DNA of 64,000 nt from Terriglobia bacterium (GTDB lineage Bacteria; Acidobacteriota; Polarisedimenticolia; Polarisedimenticolales; JAIQFR01): positions 224,001-288,000 of the forward strand of contig CAVVHE010000004.1 in the NCBI GenBank assembly GCA_963748015.1. The letters run 5' to 3'. How positions within the stretch are numbered: the first letter of the stretch is position 1; each line of letters starts with the position of its first letter. Below the pieces are notes generated by a model. It saw only the letters and a list, made by a program, of their open reading frames with translations, was not told the origin of the DNA and made no database searches. Below, piece by piece: positions 53,664 to 62,701 of the stretch. The translations under genes and the position numbers were made by a program.

Positions 53664-54887
53664 ATGGTTCATCTCTCCGAAGCGCTGAGCCTGCCCGTGT
53701 TCGACGCGGCGGGGAAGCGGGTCGGCCGCGTGGCCGATCTTCTCGCCGATTCCTCCCGCGGGATCGTGGAGCATCTCATCGTCCGCGCCGGGCGGCGGCG
53801 CTCGCGCATCAAGTGGGAGGGAATCGAGAGCTTCTCGCCCGAGACGCGCCGGGTCGTTCTCTCCGAGGGCGCCGCCGTCGAGCCGGCGCAGATCCCGTCC
53901 GCCGACCTGCTCCACCTCAAGCGGGACGTCCTCGACCGGCAGATCATCGACATCCAGGGGAGGAAGGTCGTCAAGGTCAACGACATCCTTCTCGAGCATT
54001 CCGCGGGACGCCTGGTGCTGAAGCGCGTCGAGATCGGCCTCGCCGGGGCGGTGCGCCGTCTCTTCGCCGGCCTGATCCGCCCGATCGTGTTGCGGCGCAT
54101 CGCCTCCGGCCTCGCCGAGCGGTCGATACCGTGGGATTACGTCGGCATCGTGGAGCCCGGAACGACGCGAATCCGCCTCAAGGTGCACCAGCACCTCGCG
54201 CGGATGCACCCCGCGGACCTCGCGGACATCCTCGAGGATCTCGGCCGCGTCGAGCGGCGGGAGATCGTGTCGGCACTCGACCCGGAGACCGCGGCGCAGG
54301 CCCTCTCCGAGGCCGAGCCGAGCGTGCAGGCCGCCGTCGTCGAGGCGATCCACGTGGAGCACGCCGCGGACCTCCTCGAGGAGATGCAGCCGGACGAGGC
54401 GGCCGACATCCTCGGCGACCTCCCGGAGGAGCGCTCGCGAGCCCTTCTCGACGCGATGCAGGAGGACGAGGCCGAGGACGTGCGGGAGCTGCTCCGGTTC
54501 CGCGACGACACCGCGGGCGGACTGATGACCACCGACTTCTTCAAGGCGCGGTCGGACTGGGCGGCCGGCCGGGCCCTCGCGGAGCTTCGGCAGGTGGACG
54601 CGGACCTGCTCGGCGAGCTGGACGAGATTCCCGTGGTCGGGGCCGACGACCATCTCGTCGGGGTCGCCCCGCTGGTGCGGCTCGTGCGCGCTCCCGAAGA
54701 TCGTCCGGTCACCGAGTTCATGCGCCGGGAGGCCAGGGCGGTCACGCCGACGACGCCGTTCAAGGAGGTCGTGGAGCGGTTCGACAAGTACCACCTCCGG
54801 GCCCTGGCCGTCGTGGACGAGTACGGAGAGCTCGTGGGCCTGATCAACATCGAGGACGTGTTCAGCCGGGTGGTCACGGGGGACTGA
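53664..54887 (+). CDS. PRC-barrel + MgtE_N + CBS protein (MgtE cytosolic part, no membrane domain)
   Basis: DVLDRQIIDIQGRKVVKVND, MHPADLADIL, EMQPDEAADIL, TAGGLMT, CBS pair. Confidence 0.9.
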   Translation: MVHLSEALSLPVFDAAGKRVGRVADLLADSSRGIVEHLIVRAGRRRSRIKWEGIESFSPETRRVVLSEGAAVEPAQIPSADLLHLKRDVLDRQIIDIQGRKVVKVNDILLEHSAGRLVLKRVEIGLAGAVRRLFAGLIRPIVLRRIASGLAERSIPWDYVGIVEPGTTRIRLKVHQHLARMHPADLADILEDLGRVERREIVSALDPETAAQALSEAEPSVQAAVVEAIHVEHAADLLEEMQPDEAADILGDLPEERSRALLDAMQEDEAEDVRELLRFRDDTAGGLMTTDFFKARSDWAAGRALAELRQVDADLLGELDEIPVVGADDHLVGVAPLVRLVRAPEDRPVTEFMRREARAVTPTTPFKEVVERFDKYHLRALAVVDEYGELVGLINIEDVFSRVVTGD

Positions 54888-54890
54888 CCG

Positions 54891-56147
54891 ATGCCCTTCG
54901 GCCGCTACTTCCGACGCCTGGGGACGAGCCTGGCCCTCCTGCTGGCCGTGATGGGGCCCGGCGTCATCACGAGCAACGTCGACAACGACGCAGGAGGGAT
55001 TTACACCTACTCGCTCTGCGGCGCGCGTTACGGCTACCAGCTCCTCTGGATCCTCCTCCCCGTGACGGTCGCCCTCATCGTGGTCCAGGAGATGTGCTCG
55101 CGGATGGGGACGGTGACCGGGAAGGGGCTCGCGGACCTGATCCGCGAGGAGTTCGGCCTGCGCGTCACCTTCCTCCTGATGATGGCGGTCCTCTTCACCA
55201 ACCTCGGGAACGCGATCGCCGAGTTCGCCGGCCTCGCGTCCGCCCTCGAGCTGTTCGGGGTGAGCCGGTACGTCTCCGTTCCGCTCGGAGCGGTCTTCGT
55301 CTGGTGGCTGGTGGTCTTCGGCAGCTACAAGACCGTCGAGAAGGCGTTCCTGATCGCCTGCCTGCTCTACCTCGCGTATCCGATCTCGGGGTTCCTCGCC
55401 AAGCCGGACTGGGGGGAGGCGGCGAGGGGCACGCTGGTCCCGTCGGCGACCTTCGACCTGGCGTCGGTGTCGATGATCGTCGGCATCGTCGGGACGACCA
55501 TCGCGCCCTGGATGCAGTTCTACCTCCAGTCGTCCGTGGTGGAGAAAGAGGTCCGGATCGCCGACTACGCCAAGTCGCGGCTCGACGTGATCATGGGATC
55601 GATCATGGCGGTCGTCGTGGCGTTCTTCATCGTCGTCGCGTGCGCCGCGACCCTCCACGAGGCCGGTCTCTACTCGATCGGCTCGGGGGCCGAGGCCGCG
55701 CGCGCGCTCGCCCCGCTGGCCGGGAAGTACGCCGAGACGCTGTTCGCCTTCGGCCTGGCGAACGCGTCGCTGTTCGCGGCATCGATCCTGCCGCTCGCGA
55801 CGGCGTACAGCGTCTGCGAGGGGCTCGGGCTCGAGGCGGGAGTGAACCGGAAGTTCAGCGAGGCCCCCGAGTTCTACAGCCTGTACACGGGGATCATCGC
55901 GGTGAGCGCCGGGATGATCCTGATGCCGGGGGCGCCCCTCCTCCGGATCATCCTCGTGTCGCAGATCATGAACGGCGTGCTGCTGCCGTTCGTTCTCCTT
56001 TTCATGATCCGGCTGGTGAACGACAAGGGGCTGATGGGCTCCTTCACCAACGGCCCGGTCTACAACGTGATCGCCTGGGCGACCACGGTGGTCCTGGTCG
56101 GCCTGACCGCGCTCATGGTGGTGACGAGCTTCCTCCCCGCCACTTGA
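54891..56147 (+). CDS. Nramp-related divalent cation transporter (NRMT-type, probably Mg2+)
   Basis: GPGVITSNVDNDAGGI and TTIAPWMQFY instead of DPGN / MPH. Confidence 0.88.
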   Translation: MPFGRYFRRLGTSLALLLAVMGPGVITSNVDNDAGGIYTYSLCGARYGYQLLWILLPVTVALIVVQEMCSRMGTVTGKGLADLIREEFGLRVTFLLMMAVLFTNLGNAIAEFAGLASALELFGVSRYVSVPLGAVFVWWLVVFGSYKTVEKAFLIACLLYLAYPISGFLAKPDWGEAARGTLVPSATFDLASVSMIVGIVGTTIAPWMQFYLQSSVVEKEVRIADYAKSRLDVIMGSIMAVVVAFFIVVACAATLHEAGLYSIGSGAEAARALAPLAGKYAETLFAFGLANASLFAASILPLATAYSVCEGLGLEAGVNRKFSEAPEFYSLYTGIIAVSAGMILMPGAPLLRIILVSQIMNGVLLPFVLLFMIRLVNDKGLMGSFTNGPVYNVIAWATTVVLVGLTALMVVTSFLPAT

Positions 56148-56155
56148 TCTTGCTG

Positions 56156-56184
56156 TTGACAGCCTTGGTCCCCGGCTGCATTCT
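56156..56184 (+). promoter_or_regulatory. Putative sigma70 promoter directly before the mntH GTG
   Basis: TTGACA-N17-CATTCT ending 6 nt before GTG 56191. Confidence 0.55.
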
Positions 56185-56190
56185 TCCCGC

Positions 56191-58134
56191 GTGCCGGGCC
56201 CATCCGACGACCGTGGCGAGAGCCGCCCCCTTCGATCCCTCTCCGAGGTGCACGAGTCCGTCGCCGTCCCGCGTCAACCGACGTTCTGGAGGCGCCTGTT
56301 CGCGTTCTCGGGGCCGGCGTATCTCGTCAGCGTCGGGTACATGGACCCCGGGAACTGGGCCACGGACATCGCCGCGGGCTCCCGTTTCGGCTACAAGCTG
56401 ATCTGGGTCCTCGTCATGTCGAACCTCATGGCCCTGCTGCTGCAGAGCCTGTCGGCGCGGCTCGGCATCGTCACCGGCCTCGACCTGGCCCAGGCCTGCC
56501 GCTCGATGTACAGCCGGCGGGTCTCCTGGGCGCTGTGGGTCCTCTGCGAGATCGCGATCGCGGCCTGCGACCTCGCGGAGGTTCTCGGTTCGGCCATCGG
56601 CCTGCAGCTCCTCTTCGGACTCCCGCTGGCCGCGGGGGTCCTGATCACCGCGGTGGACACCCTCCTCATCCTGGTCCTACACGCCCGCGGCATCAGGATG
56701 ATGGAGGCGTTCATCGTCGTCCTCATCACCACGATCGGGGTCGCGCTCGGGGTGGAGATCTTCCTCTCGAGGCCCGAGTGGGGCGGCCTCGTGCGCGGCG
56801 TCGCCCCGTCGCTGCCGGCCGGCTCGCTCTACTTCGCGATCGGCATCCTCGGCGCCACCGTGATGCCGCACAACCTGTACCTCCACTCCGCGCTCGTGCA
56901 GTCGCGGCGGATCGCCCGCACGCCGGCCGGCATCCGGAGCGGCGTGAAGTTCAACGTGATCGACTCGTTCGTGGCGCTGAACGGCGCGTTCTTCGTGAAC
57001 GCCGCCCTCCTGGTGATGGCCGCAGCCACGTTCCACCGCGCCGGATACAACGACGTCGCCGAGATCCAGGATGCCCACCGGCTGCTCGAGCCGATCCTCG
57101 GCGCGGCGATCGCCCCGATCGTGTTCGCGGTGGCGCTCATCGCCTCGGGCCAGTCGTCCACCGTGACGGGCACCCTCGCGGGACAGATCGTGATGGAGGG
57201 GTTCGTCCAGCTGCGGCTCCGCCCGATCGTGCGGAGGCTGCTGACGAGGGCCCTCGCGATCGGCCCCGCCCTCGTCGTGATCCTGTCGATGGGGGAGGGG
57301 GCCACCGGGAACCTCCTGGTGCTCTCCCAGGTGGTGCTCTCGCTCCAGCTCTCGTTCGCGGTGATCCCGCTGGTGCACCTCGTCTCCGACCGGCGGTGGA
57401 TGGGGCAGTACGCGATCGGAGCCGTCACGCAGGCCGCGGCGTGGATCGTCGCCGGGACGATCGCCGCGCTCAACCTGTGGCTCGCGTCGGAGCAGATCGC
57501 GGGGTGGATCGCCGGCGCGGGCGCATACGCCTGGCTCGTCGCCCTCACCGTCGTTCCGGGGTCGTTCGCCCTCTTGGCGCTCCTCGCGTACGTCGCGGTC
57601 GTGCCCGCGCTCGAGCGCCGCCGCGGCGAGCCCACCCCGGCCCACCCCGGAGTCCACGGCCACGGCGTGGTCCCGGACGTCGTGCCGCCGAAGGCGCCGC
57701 GGCGCATCGCGGCCGCGGTGGACTTCTCCACTTCGGATGGGCCCGTGCTTTCCCACGCTGTCATGCTGGCCCGGTCCGCGGGGCGAGGAGCCGCCGTCCT
57801 GCTCATGCACGTGGTCGAGTCGGGCGGCGCTCGGATCCTGGGGGGCGAGCTGAGGGACGACGAGGCCCGCGCCGATCAGGAGCGTCTCGAGATGTACGCC
57901 CGGGAGCTGGGAGAGCAGGGGGTGGAGGCGACCTACGATCTCGGCTTCGGCGAGCCGCCCATTGCGCTCGCCGCCTTGGTCGAGAAGTACCGTCCGGACC
58001 TGGTCGTGGTCGGCAGCCACGGGCACCGCGGGGTGGGCGACTTCGTTCACGGCACCACGGTCGAGCGGCTGCGGCACCGCATCGCGGCGCCGGTCCTGGT
58101 GGTGCCGGCCGGCGGCGGTCCCCGGGAGGGCTAG
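56191..58134 (+). CDS. mntH: Nramp Mn2+/Fe2+ transporter fused to a C-terminal USP domain
   Basis: GYMDPGNW, GATVMPHNLYLHS, GTLAGQ; USP: AAVDFS...VVGSHGH...HGTTVE. Confidence 0.93.
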   Translation: MPGPSDDRGESRPLRSLSEVHESVAVPRQPTFWRRLFAFSGPAYLVSVGYMDPGNWATDIAAGSRFGYKLIWVLVMSNLMALLLQSLSARLGIVTGLDLAQACRSMYSRRVSWALWVLCEIAIAACDLAEVLGSAIGLQLLFGLPLAAGVLITAVDTLLILVLHARGIRMMEAFIVVLITTIGVALGVEIFLSRPEWGGLVRGVAPSLPAGSLYFAIGILGATVMPHNLYLHSALVQSRRIARTPAGIRSGVKFNVIDSFVALNGAFFVNAALLVMAAATFHRAGYNDVAEIQDAHRLLEPILGAAIAPIVFAVALIASGQSSTVTGTLAGQIVMEGFVQLRLRPIVRRLLTRALAIGPALVVILSMGEGATGNLLVLSQVVLSLQLSFAVIPLVHLVSDRRWMGQYAIGAVTQAAAWIVAGTIAALNLWLASEQIAGWIAGAGAYAWLVALTVVPGSFALLALLAYVAVVPALERRRGEPTPAHPGVHGHGVVPDVVPPKAPRRIAAAVDFSTSDGPVLSHAVMLARSAGRGAAVLLMHVVESGGARILGGELRDDEARADQERLEMYARELGEQGVEATYDLGFGEPPIALAALVEKYRPDLVVVGSHGHRGVGDFVHGTTVERLRHRIAAPVLVVPAGGGPREG

Positions 58135-58233
58135 TCACCATGGAACGACCGGCTCCGATTCGCAGTTGACGTAGGTTACGCTGCGAATCGGTGAAGAACC
58201 GTAGCGCAGAGCTACATGCGAAAGGAGCCGGTC

Positions 58234-59376
58234 ATGGGGAAGGATAGCCGATTCGTGGGCCTGGACGTACATGCGGACTCGATCGCGGTGGCGGTTGCGG
58301 AGCCTGGCGGCGAGGTTCGGTCGTTGGGGATCATTGGCAACAAGCCGGAGTCGGTGAGAAAGCTGATGAAGAGGTTGGGTTCGGCTAGGGGTCTCAAGGT
58401 CTGCTACGAGGCGGGGCCGACGGGATACGTCCTGTACTGGCAGTTGACCGAGATGGGGATTCACTGCGACGTGGTGGCGCCGACGTTGATACCGGTGAAG
58501 CCCGGTGACCGGGTCAAGACGGATCGTCGCGACGCAACGAAGCTGGCGAAGAGCTACCGGGCCGGAGAGCTGACGCCGGTTTGGGTGCCGGATGCGGCGC
58601 ACGAAGCTCTGCGGGATCTGGTGCGCGCTCGGGAGGCCGCGAAGGGGGATCAGCTTCGGGCGCGGCACCGACTTCAGAAGTTCTTGCTTCGGCATGGGCG
58701 CCGAGCTCCCGCGAAGGTGAAGCCGTGGACGGAGACCCATCTCGCGTGGGTGAGGCAGGCCGTTGGGTTCGAGGCCCCGGCTCAGCAGGCGGTGCTGACG
58801 GACTACTTGGCGGAAGTGGACCACGCACGGGAGCGAGTCAAGCGGCTCGAGGGGTCGATCGACGAAGCGATCGAAGCCGCGCCTGAGGGAATACGGGCCG
58901 TGATCGATGCCCTCCAAGCCCTTCGTGGCATCGCCAAGGTGAGCAGCGTCACGATCGTCGCCGAGGTCGGCCAGCTTTCCCGCTTCTCTCGCCCGCGGCA
59001 GCTGATGGGGTACAGCGGAGCGGTGTCCAGTGAAGACTCCTCCGGAGGGCGGACCCGGCGAGGTGCGATCACCAAGACGGGCAATGCCCATCTGCGCCGG
59101 ATCGTCGTGGAAGCGGCCTGGGCCTACCGGCACCGCCCTGCCGTCGGTGGGGCGCTCCGCGTGCGTCAAGAGGGGTTGAGCGAGGACGTGAAAGAGATCG
59201 CCTGGAAAGCCCAGCATCGCCTTCACCAACGCTACCGACGGTTGGCCGCCAAGGGGAAGGTCAAGCAGCAGGTGGTCACCGCGGTGGCCCGGGAGCTGTT
59301 GGGGTTCATTTGGGCCATCGGCGTGCACGTCGAGAGACAGATGCCGGCGGTGGGCCGCAAGCGCCAAGCTGCATGA
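58234..59376 (+). CDS. IS110-family DEDD recombinase/transposase
   Basis: GLDVH, YEAG, KTDRRDA, SSGG, TKTGNAHLRRIVVEAAW, AVARELL; AAGGAG RBS. Confidence 0.97.
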   Translation: MGKDSRFVGLDVHADSIAVAVAEPGGEVRSLGIIGNKPESVRKLMKRLGSARGLKVCYEAGPTGYVLYWQLTEMGIHCDVVAPTLIPVKPGDRVKTDRRDATKLAKSYRAGELTPVWVPDAAHEALRDLVRAREAAKGDQLRARHRLQKFLLRHGRRAPAKVKPWTETHLAWVRQAVGFEAPAQQAVLTDYLAEVDHARERVKRLEGSIDEAIEAAPEGIRAVIDALQALRGIAKVSSVTIVAEVGQLSRFSRPRQLMGYSGAVSSEDSSGGRTRRGAITKTGNAHLRRIVVEAAWAYRHRPAVGGALRVRQEGLSEDVKEIAWKAQHRLHQRYRRLAAKGKVKQQVVTAVARELLGFIWAIGVHVERQMPAVGRKRQAA

Positions 59377-59416
59377 AAACGATCAGGTAGGGAAGGGATG
59401 AATCCGGGACGGAGCC

Positions 59417-59606
59417 GGCGGCGGTCGAGGGGCACACGGGAAGGAGGATCCTCGTGGCTCCTATGCGACAGGCCCTCGCTGGCCGGATCCGCGATGCTAG
59501 TCCGAGGCAGCTCCCGACGGATCACGATTATGACGGCGCGCCCTTGGGGGCCGATCCGCGAATATCAGAGTGATCAACCGTCGAGTCAGCCGCCTCGACC
59601 GCCGCC
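59417..59606 (+). ncRNA. Putative bridge/seek guide RNA
   Basis: Outer stem (59417-59433 with 59589-59606) encloses two stem-internal-loop modules whose loops match the target and element-end sequences. Confidence 0.75.
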
Positions 59607-59819
59607 TGTTCCGCCCCGGCGAGGAACCGAACGGAGGTGTCTCGGGTCGGAAGCTCGAGGTTGACAGGTCGTTCCATATCAGGAGCCTGTCCGAGTAATG
59701 CTCCTGGGGCGCGGGACCCGGCGCAGGACTCCGGACTCCGGGATCGCTCGCCAACCGTTCGTCCTCGCGGTATCCTGTTCCTTTCGGCGCGCGCTCCCGG
59801 GGCGCGCGCGGGGTTTCGA

Positions 59820-60983
59820 ATGAGACGACACGCCCTCGGATTGCTGTCGCTCGCGGCGGCCGCGCTTTGCGCCGCGCCGTCCTGGGGCGAGGAGCCCCTG
59901 CGGCCGACCGCCCCCGCCCCACAGCCTCCGGCCGCGGTGTCGGCCGCCGTTCCCGCGGCGCACATCGTCATCGAGAAGGACGTCCTCGACCTCGGAGAGA
60001 TCGCGAGGGGCACCAAGGCGGAGGGATCGTTCGTCCTGCGAAACACCGGGACGACGCCGGTCAAGATCCTCTCCGCGAAACCCGGCTGAGGCTGCACCGT
60101 GGCCTCGTTCGACGAGGTCATCCCGCCCGGGGAGGCGGGAAAGGTCATCGCGGCGATTCGCACCGACGCTCTCTCGGGCGCCGTGAGCAAGGTGGTGACC
60201 GTCACCACCGACGACCCGGGCCGCCCGACGTTCGCGCTCACGCTCCGCGCCACCGTCGTCGCCTCGGTGGACTTCTATCCGTCGCGCTCGATGTTCGTCT
60301 CCGCGAGAAATCCCGACAATCCCGGGGGAAAGGTGCTGGCGCGGAAGAGCGCGAACGAGAAGGGGAGTCTCGAAGTCACCGGCCTGACGGCGAGCGCGCC
60401 GTGGCTCAAGGTGTCCGCGCGCAAGCTGGAGGCCGCCGCCCCGGCGGGCGCCGGACTTCCGCCGTCGATCCCCTCGGACTGGCTGATCGAGGCCAGGATC
60501 GAGGGGGAGCCTCCGCCGGGCCGCAACGCCGTGCAGGTCAAGTTCAAGACCGGCCTCGCGCGCGAGCCCGAGATCGAGATCCCGGTGGTCGTGATCGTCC
60601 CCGCGCCGCTCTCGTTCTCGTCTCCCGTCCTCGACCTGCCGACGACGAACGCCGACCCGCCGCAGTCCGCGCGAGGGACGGTCTACGTCCTCCTGGGATC
60701 CGGGCTCGACCCGAAGGGGCTTTCGGTCGAGAGCCTCTCTCCCGCGTTCCGCGTGAAGACGGAACAGGTGGATCCCCGCAGGGTGAGGGTGGACGTGACC
60801 TGGTCGCCGGTCGCCGGCGACACGTCGCGGGAGAGCGCGATCGAGGCGAAGCTCGGCGATCTCTCGGCCTCGATCGCGGTGAGGCTGACCGCTCCCGTGC
60901 CCCCGGCGCCCCCTCCCGCCGTCATCACGCCGGAGAAGATCCGCCAGGGCACGACGCTCGTCCCGCTCGGCGGCGGGCAGTAA
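59820..60983 (+). CDS. DUF1573-domain exported protein, probable selenoprotein (UGA at 60087-60089)
   Basis: Signal peptide, DLGEI..G.....F.LRNTG..PVKI...KPG[TGA]GCT.....IPPGE.G.V; the 59637..60089 and 60099..60983 ORFs share one frame. Confidence 0.8.
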
Positions 60984-60987
60984 GAGC

Positions 60988-61467
60988 CTACTCCGTTCGG
61001 ACCTCCTCGAGCGCGCCCGCCGGGCCCTCGAGATGGTCGAGCACCGCCCGGGCCGCGTTGAGGGGGACGGACACCCGCACGCTTTCGCCGGGCGAGGTGA
61101 CCTCGGCGAGCAGGAGCTTTCCCCGCTTCGAGATCCGGACCGATTCCCCGCGCGACTTCACCTCCACGAGGCGCGCGTCGGGGCAGCGGGAGAGCTCGGA
61201 CAGGGCCGCCCTGGCCACCGGAAGCCAGGCCTCGATCTCCCGAGCGGTCTCGCGGCCGGCCTCCGCCGGGATGAACTCCGCGGCGATCCGGACGAGGGCC
61301 CCGGGTAGCTTGATCGAGACGTCGTCCCCGCCCGGACCGGTCGAGTGCACCTCGATCTCCACCGTGCCGTAGGCGTAGCGCAGCCAGGCGGCGGTGCCGG
61401 CGCCGGCCGCGAGCACGACGATCGCGACGACCCCGATGGCGGCGAGAATGCGATCCGTCACGCTCAT
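60988..61467 (-). CDS. Hypothetical membrane-anchored protein
   Basis: N-terminal TM helix; IKLPGALV / VRISKRG..LLAEV / VSVPL resemble the neighbouring gene. Confidence 0.7.
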   Translation of the reverse strand: MSVTDRILAAIGVVAIVVLAAGAGTAAWLRYAYGTVEIEVHSTGPGGDDVSIKLPGALVRIAAEFIPAEAGRETAREIEAWLPVARAALSELSRCPDARLVEVKSRGESVRISKRGKLLLAEVTSPGESVRVSVPLNAARAVLDHLEGPAGALEEVRTE

Positions 61468-61480
61468 GGCCGGCTCCTCC

Positions 61481-62053
61481 CTACTTGCTGCCTTCGTCGG
61501 AATCGATCCAGATCCTCACGTGGCTGTCGCCGTCGTTCACGGTGACGATGTCCCCGGTCCCGTGCTGCGCCAAGGCGTCGATCGCCGCGGCGACGTTCAG
61601 CTCGTCCCCCTGGGCGCCCGAGAGCAGCGCGTCCACGACCGCGAGCGGGAGCTTCACGTCCACGGTCTTCTGCGTCTCCTTGCCCTCCTTCACCTGGACG
61701 AGGAGGAACCCGCCACGCTTGGCCACCCGGACCTTCTCCTTCGGGCCGTCCACCGTCACGTACTCGCCGTCGCGGCTCGACCGGACCGCGTCGAGGATCG
61801 CCCGCAGGTCGGCGGCCGACATGTTCTCCGCCCCCAGGTGCATCTTGACCTTGCCGCCGCTCAGGTTCTCGTGGTGCACGAGGGGGAGGATCTTGGTCAC
61901 GAGCTCGAGGGGCACGTTGACCCGCACGACCGAGCCGTCCTCTCCCGGCTCGTCCACGGCGACGTGGATCCACTGCCCGGAGGTCGCGGCCGGCGCCGCG
62001 GAAAAGGCCAGTACTGCTGCGGCCGCGAGACATAGGATCGCGAGTTTCTTCAT
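61481..62053 (-). CDS. Hypothetical exported protein
   Basis: GAGGAGG RBS, MKKLAIL signal peptide, VRVNVPLELV, VRVAKRGGFLLVQV, VKLPLAVV. Confidence 0.75.
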   Translation of the reverse strand: MKKLAILCLAAAAVLAFSAAPAATSGQWIHVAVDEPGEDGSVVRVNVPLELVTKILPLVHHENLSGGKVKMHLGAENMSAADLRAILDAVRSSRDGEYVTVDGPKEKVRVAKRGGFLLVQVKEGKETQKTVDVKLPLAVVDALLSGAQGDELNVAAAIDALAQHGTGDIVTVNDGDSHVRIWIDSDEGSK

Positions 62054-62164
62054 GTCGTCTCCTCCTCGCCAGCTTGGACCGCGGAGGTCCCGGTCCGGCG
62101 CCGTCGTTGTAGAGAACGCACGGCCCCCCACGGGGGTTCCAGGAAAAACGGGAGGGCGGCCCCG

Positions 62165-62695
62165 TCAGAGGCCCGGGATCTCGCTCCTGCAGGACGGGCA
62201 GAAATCGGCGGCCTTGAGGTCGATCTCCTCGACGTACGTCGAGGAGCGCATGACGCAGCTGGGGTTCGTGCAGTGGACGAGGCCGTAGGTGTGCCCCAGC
62301 TCGTGCAGCGCCTCCTTGTCCAGACGCTCCAGGAAGACCGCCTCGTCGGGGGGAAGTCCGTAGGCCTCGTTGCGAAGCCGGTGAGCGGAGACGACGGCCG
62401 CCTTCCCGTCGAGCTGCGCCTCGCCGAAGACGAACGTCAGGACGGGGACGAACAGGTCGACGCTCGTGACGCCGAGCACCTTCGAGGCGCCGGGGTCGAG
62501 CCCCCGGAGGAGCTGCGCGAGGAAGAGGGTCGAGTTGTACTGGCCTCGCGAAGGATCGAAGGGAAGCTCCGGGTCGAACCACGGGGGCCGGATCTGGACC
62601 TCGAGGCCGAACGTCCGGCCCAGCCGCTCCGCGAGCCTCTCGATCATCGCGTGCCGATCGCTGAAGTAGATCGGCACGAGGCAGAGGGATGGCAT
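62165..62695 (-). CDS. Archaemetzincin-family Zn metalloprotease (M54)
   Basis: RGQYNS, DLFVPVLTFVFGEA, KEALHELGHTYGLVHCTNPSCVM, FCPSC. Confidence 0.93.
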   Translation of the reverse strand: MPSLCLVPIYFSDRHAMIERLAERLGRTFGLEVQIRPPWFDPELPFDPSRGQYNSTLFLAQLLRGLDPGASKVLGVTSVDLFVPVLTFVFGEAQLDGKAAVVSAHRLRNEAYGLPPDEAVFLERLDKEALHELGHTYGLVHCTNPSCVMRSSTYVEEIDLKAADFCPSCRSEIPGL

Positions 62696-62701
62696 GTACG
62701 G

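Larger units (their letters stand above)
58135..59682 (+). mobile_element. IS110-superfamily element with IS1111-type architecture
   Basis: Sub-terminal IRs ATGGAACGACC (58140-58150) and GGTCGTTCCAT (59667-59677); AG core at both junctions; long 3' non-coding region; outward TTGACA at 59661. Confidence 0.9.

Noticed and set aside
59616..59627. CCGGCGAGGAAC shared between the IS110 3' region and the 50801-50975 repeats
   Set aside because: A 12-nt GC-rich match outside the predicted guide loops; probably chance.
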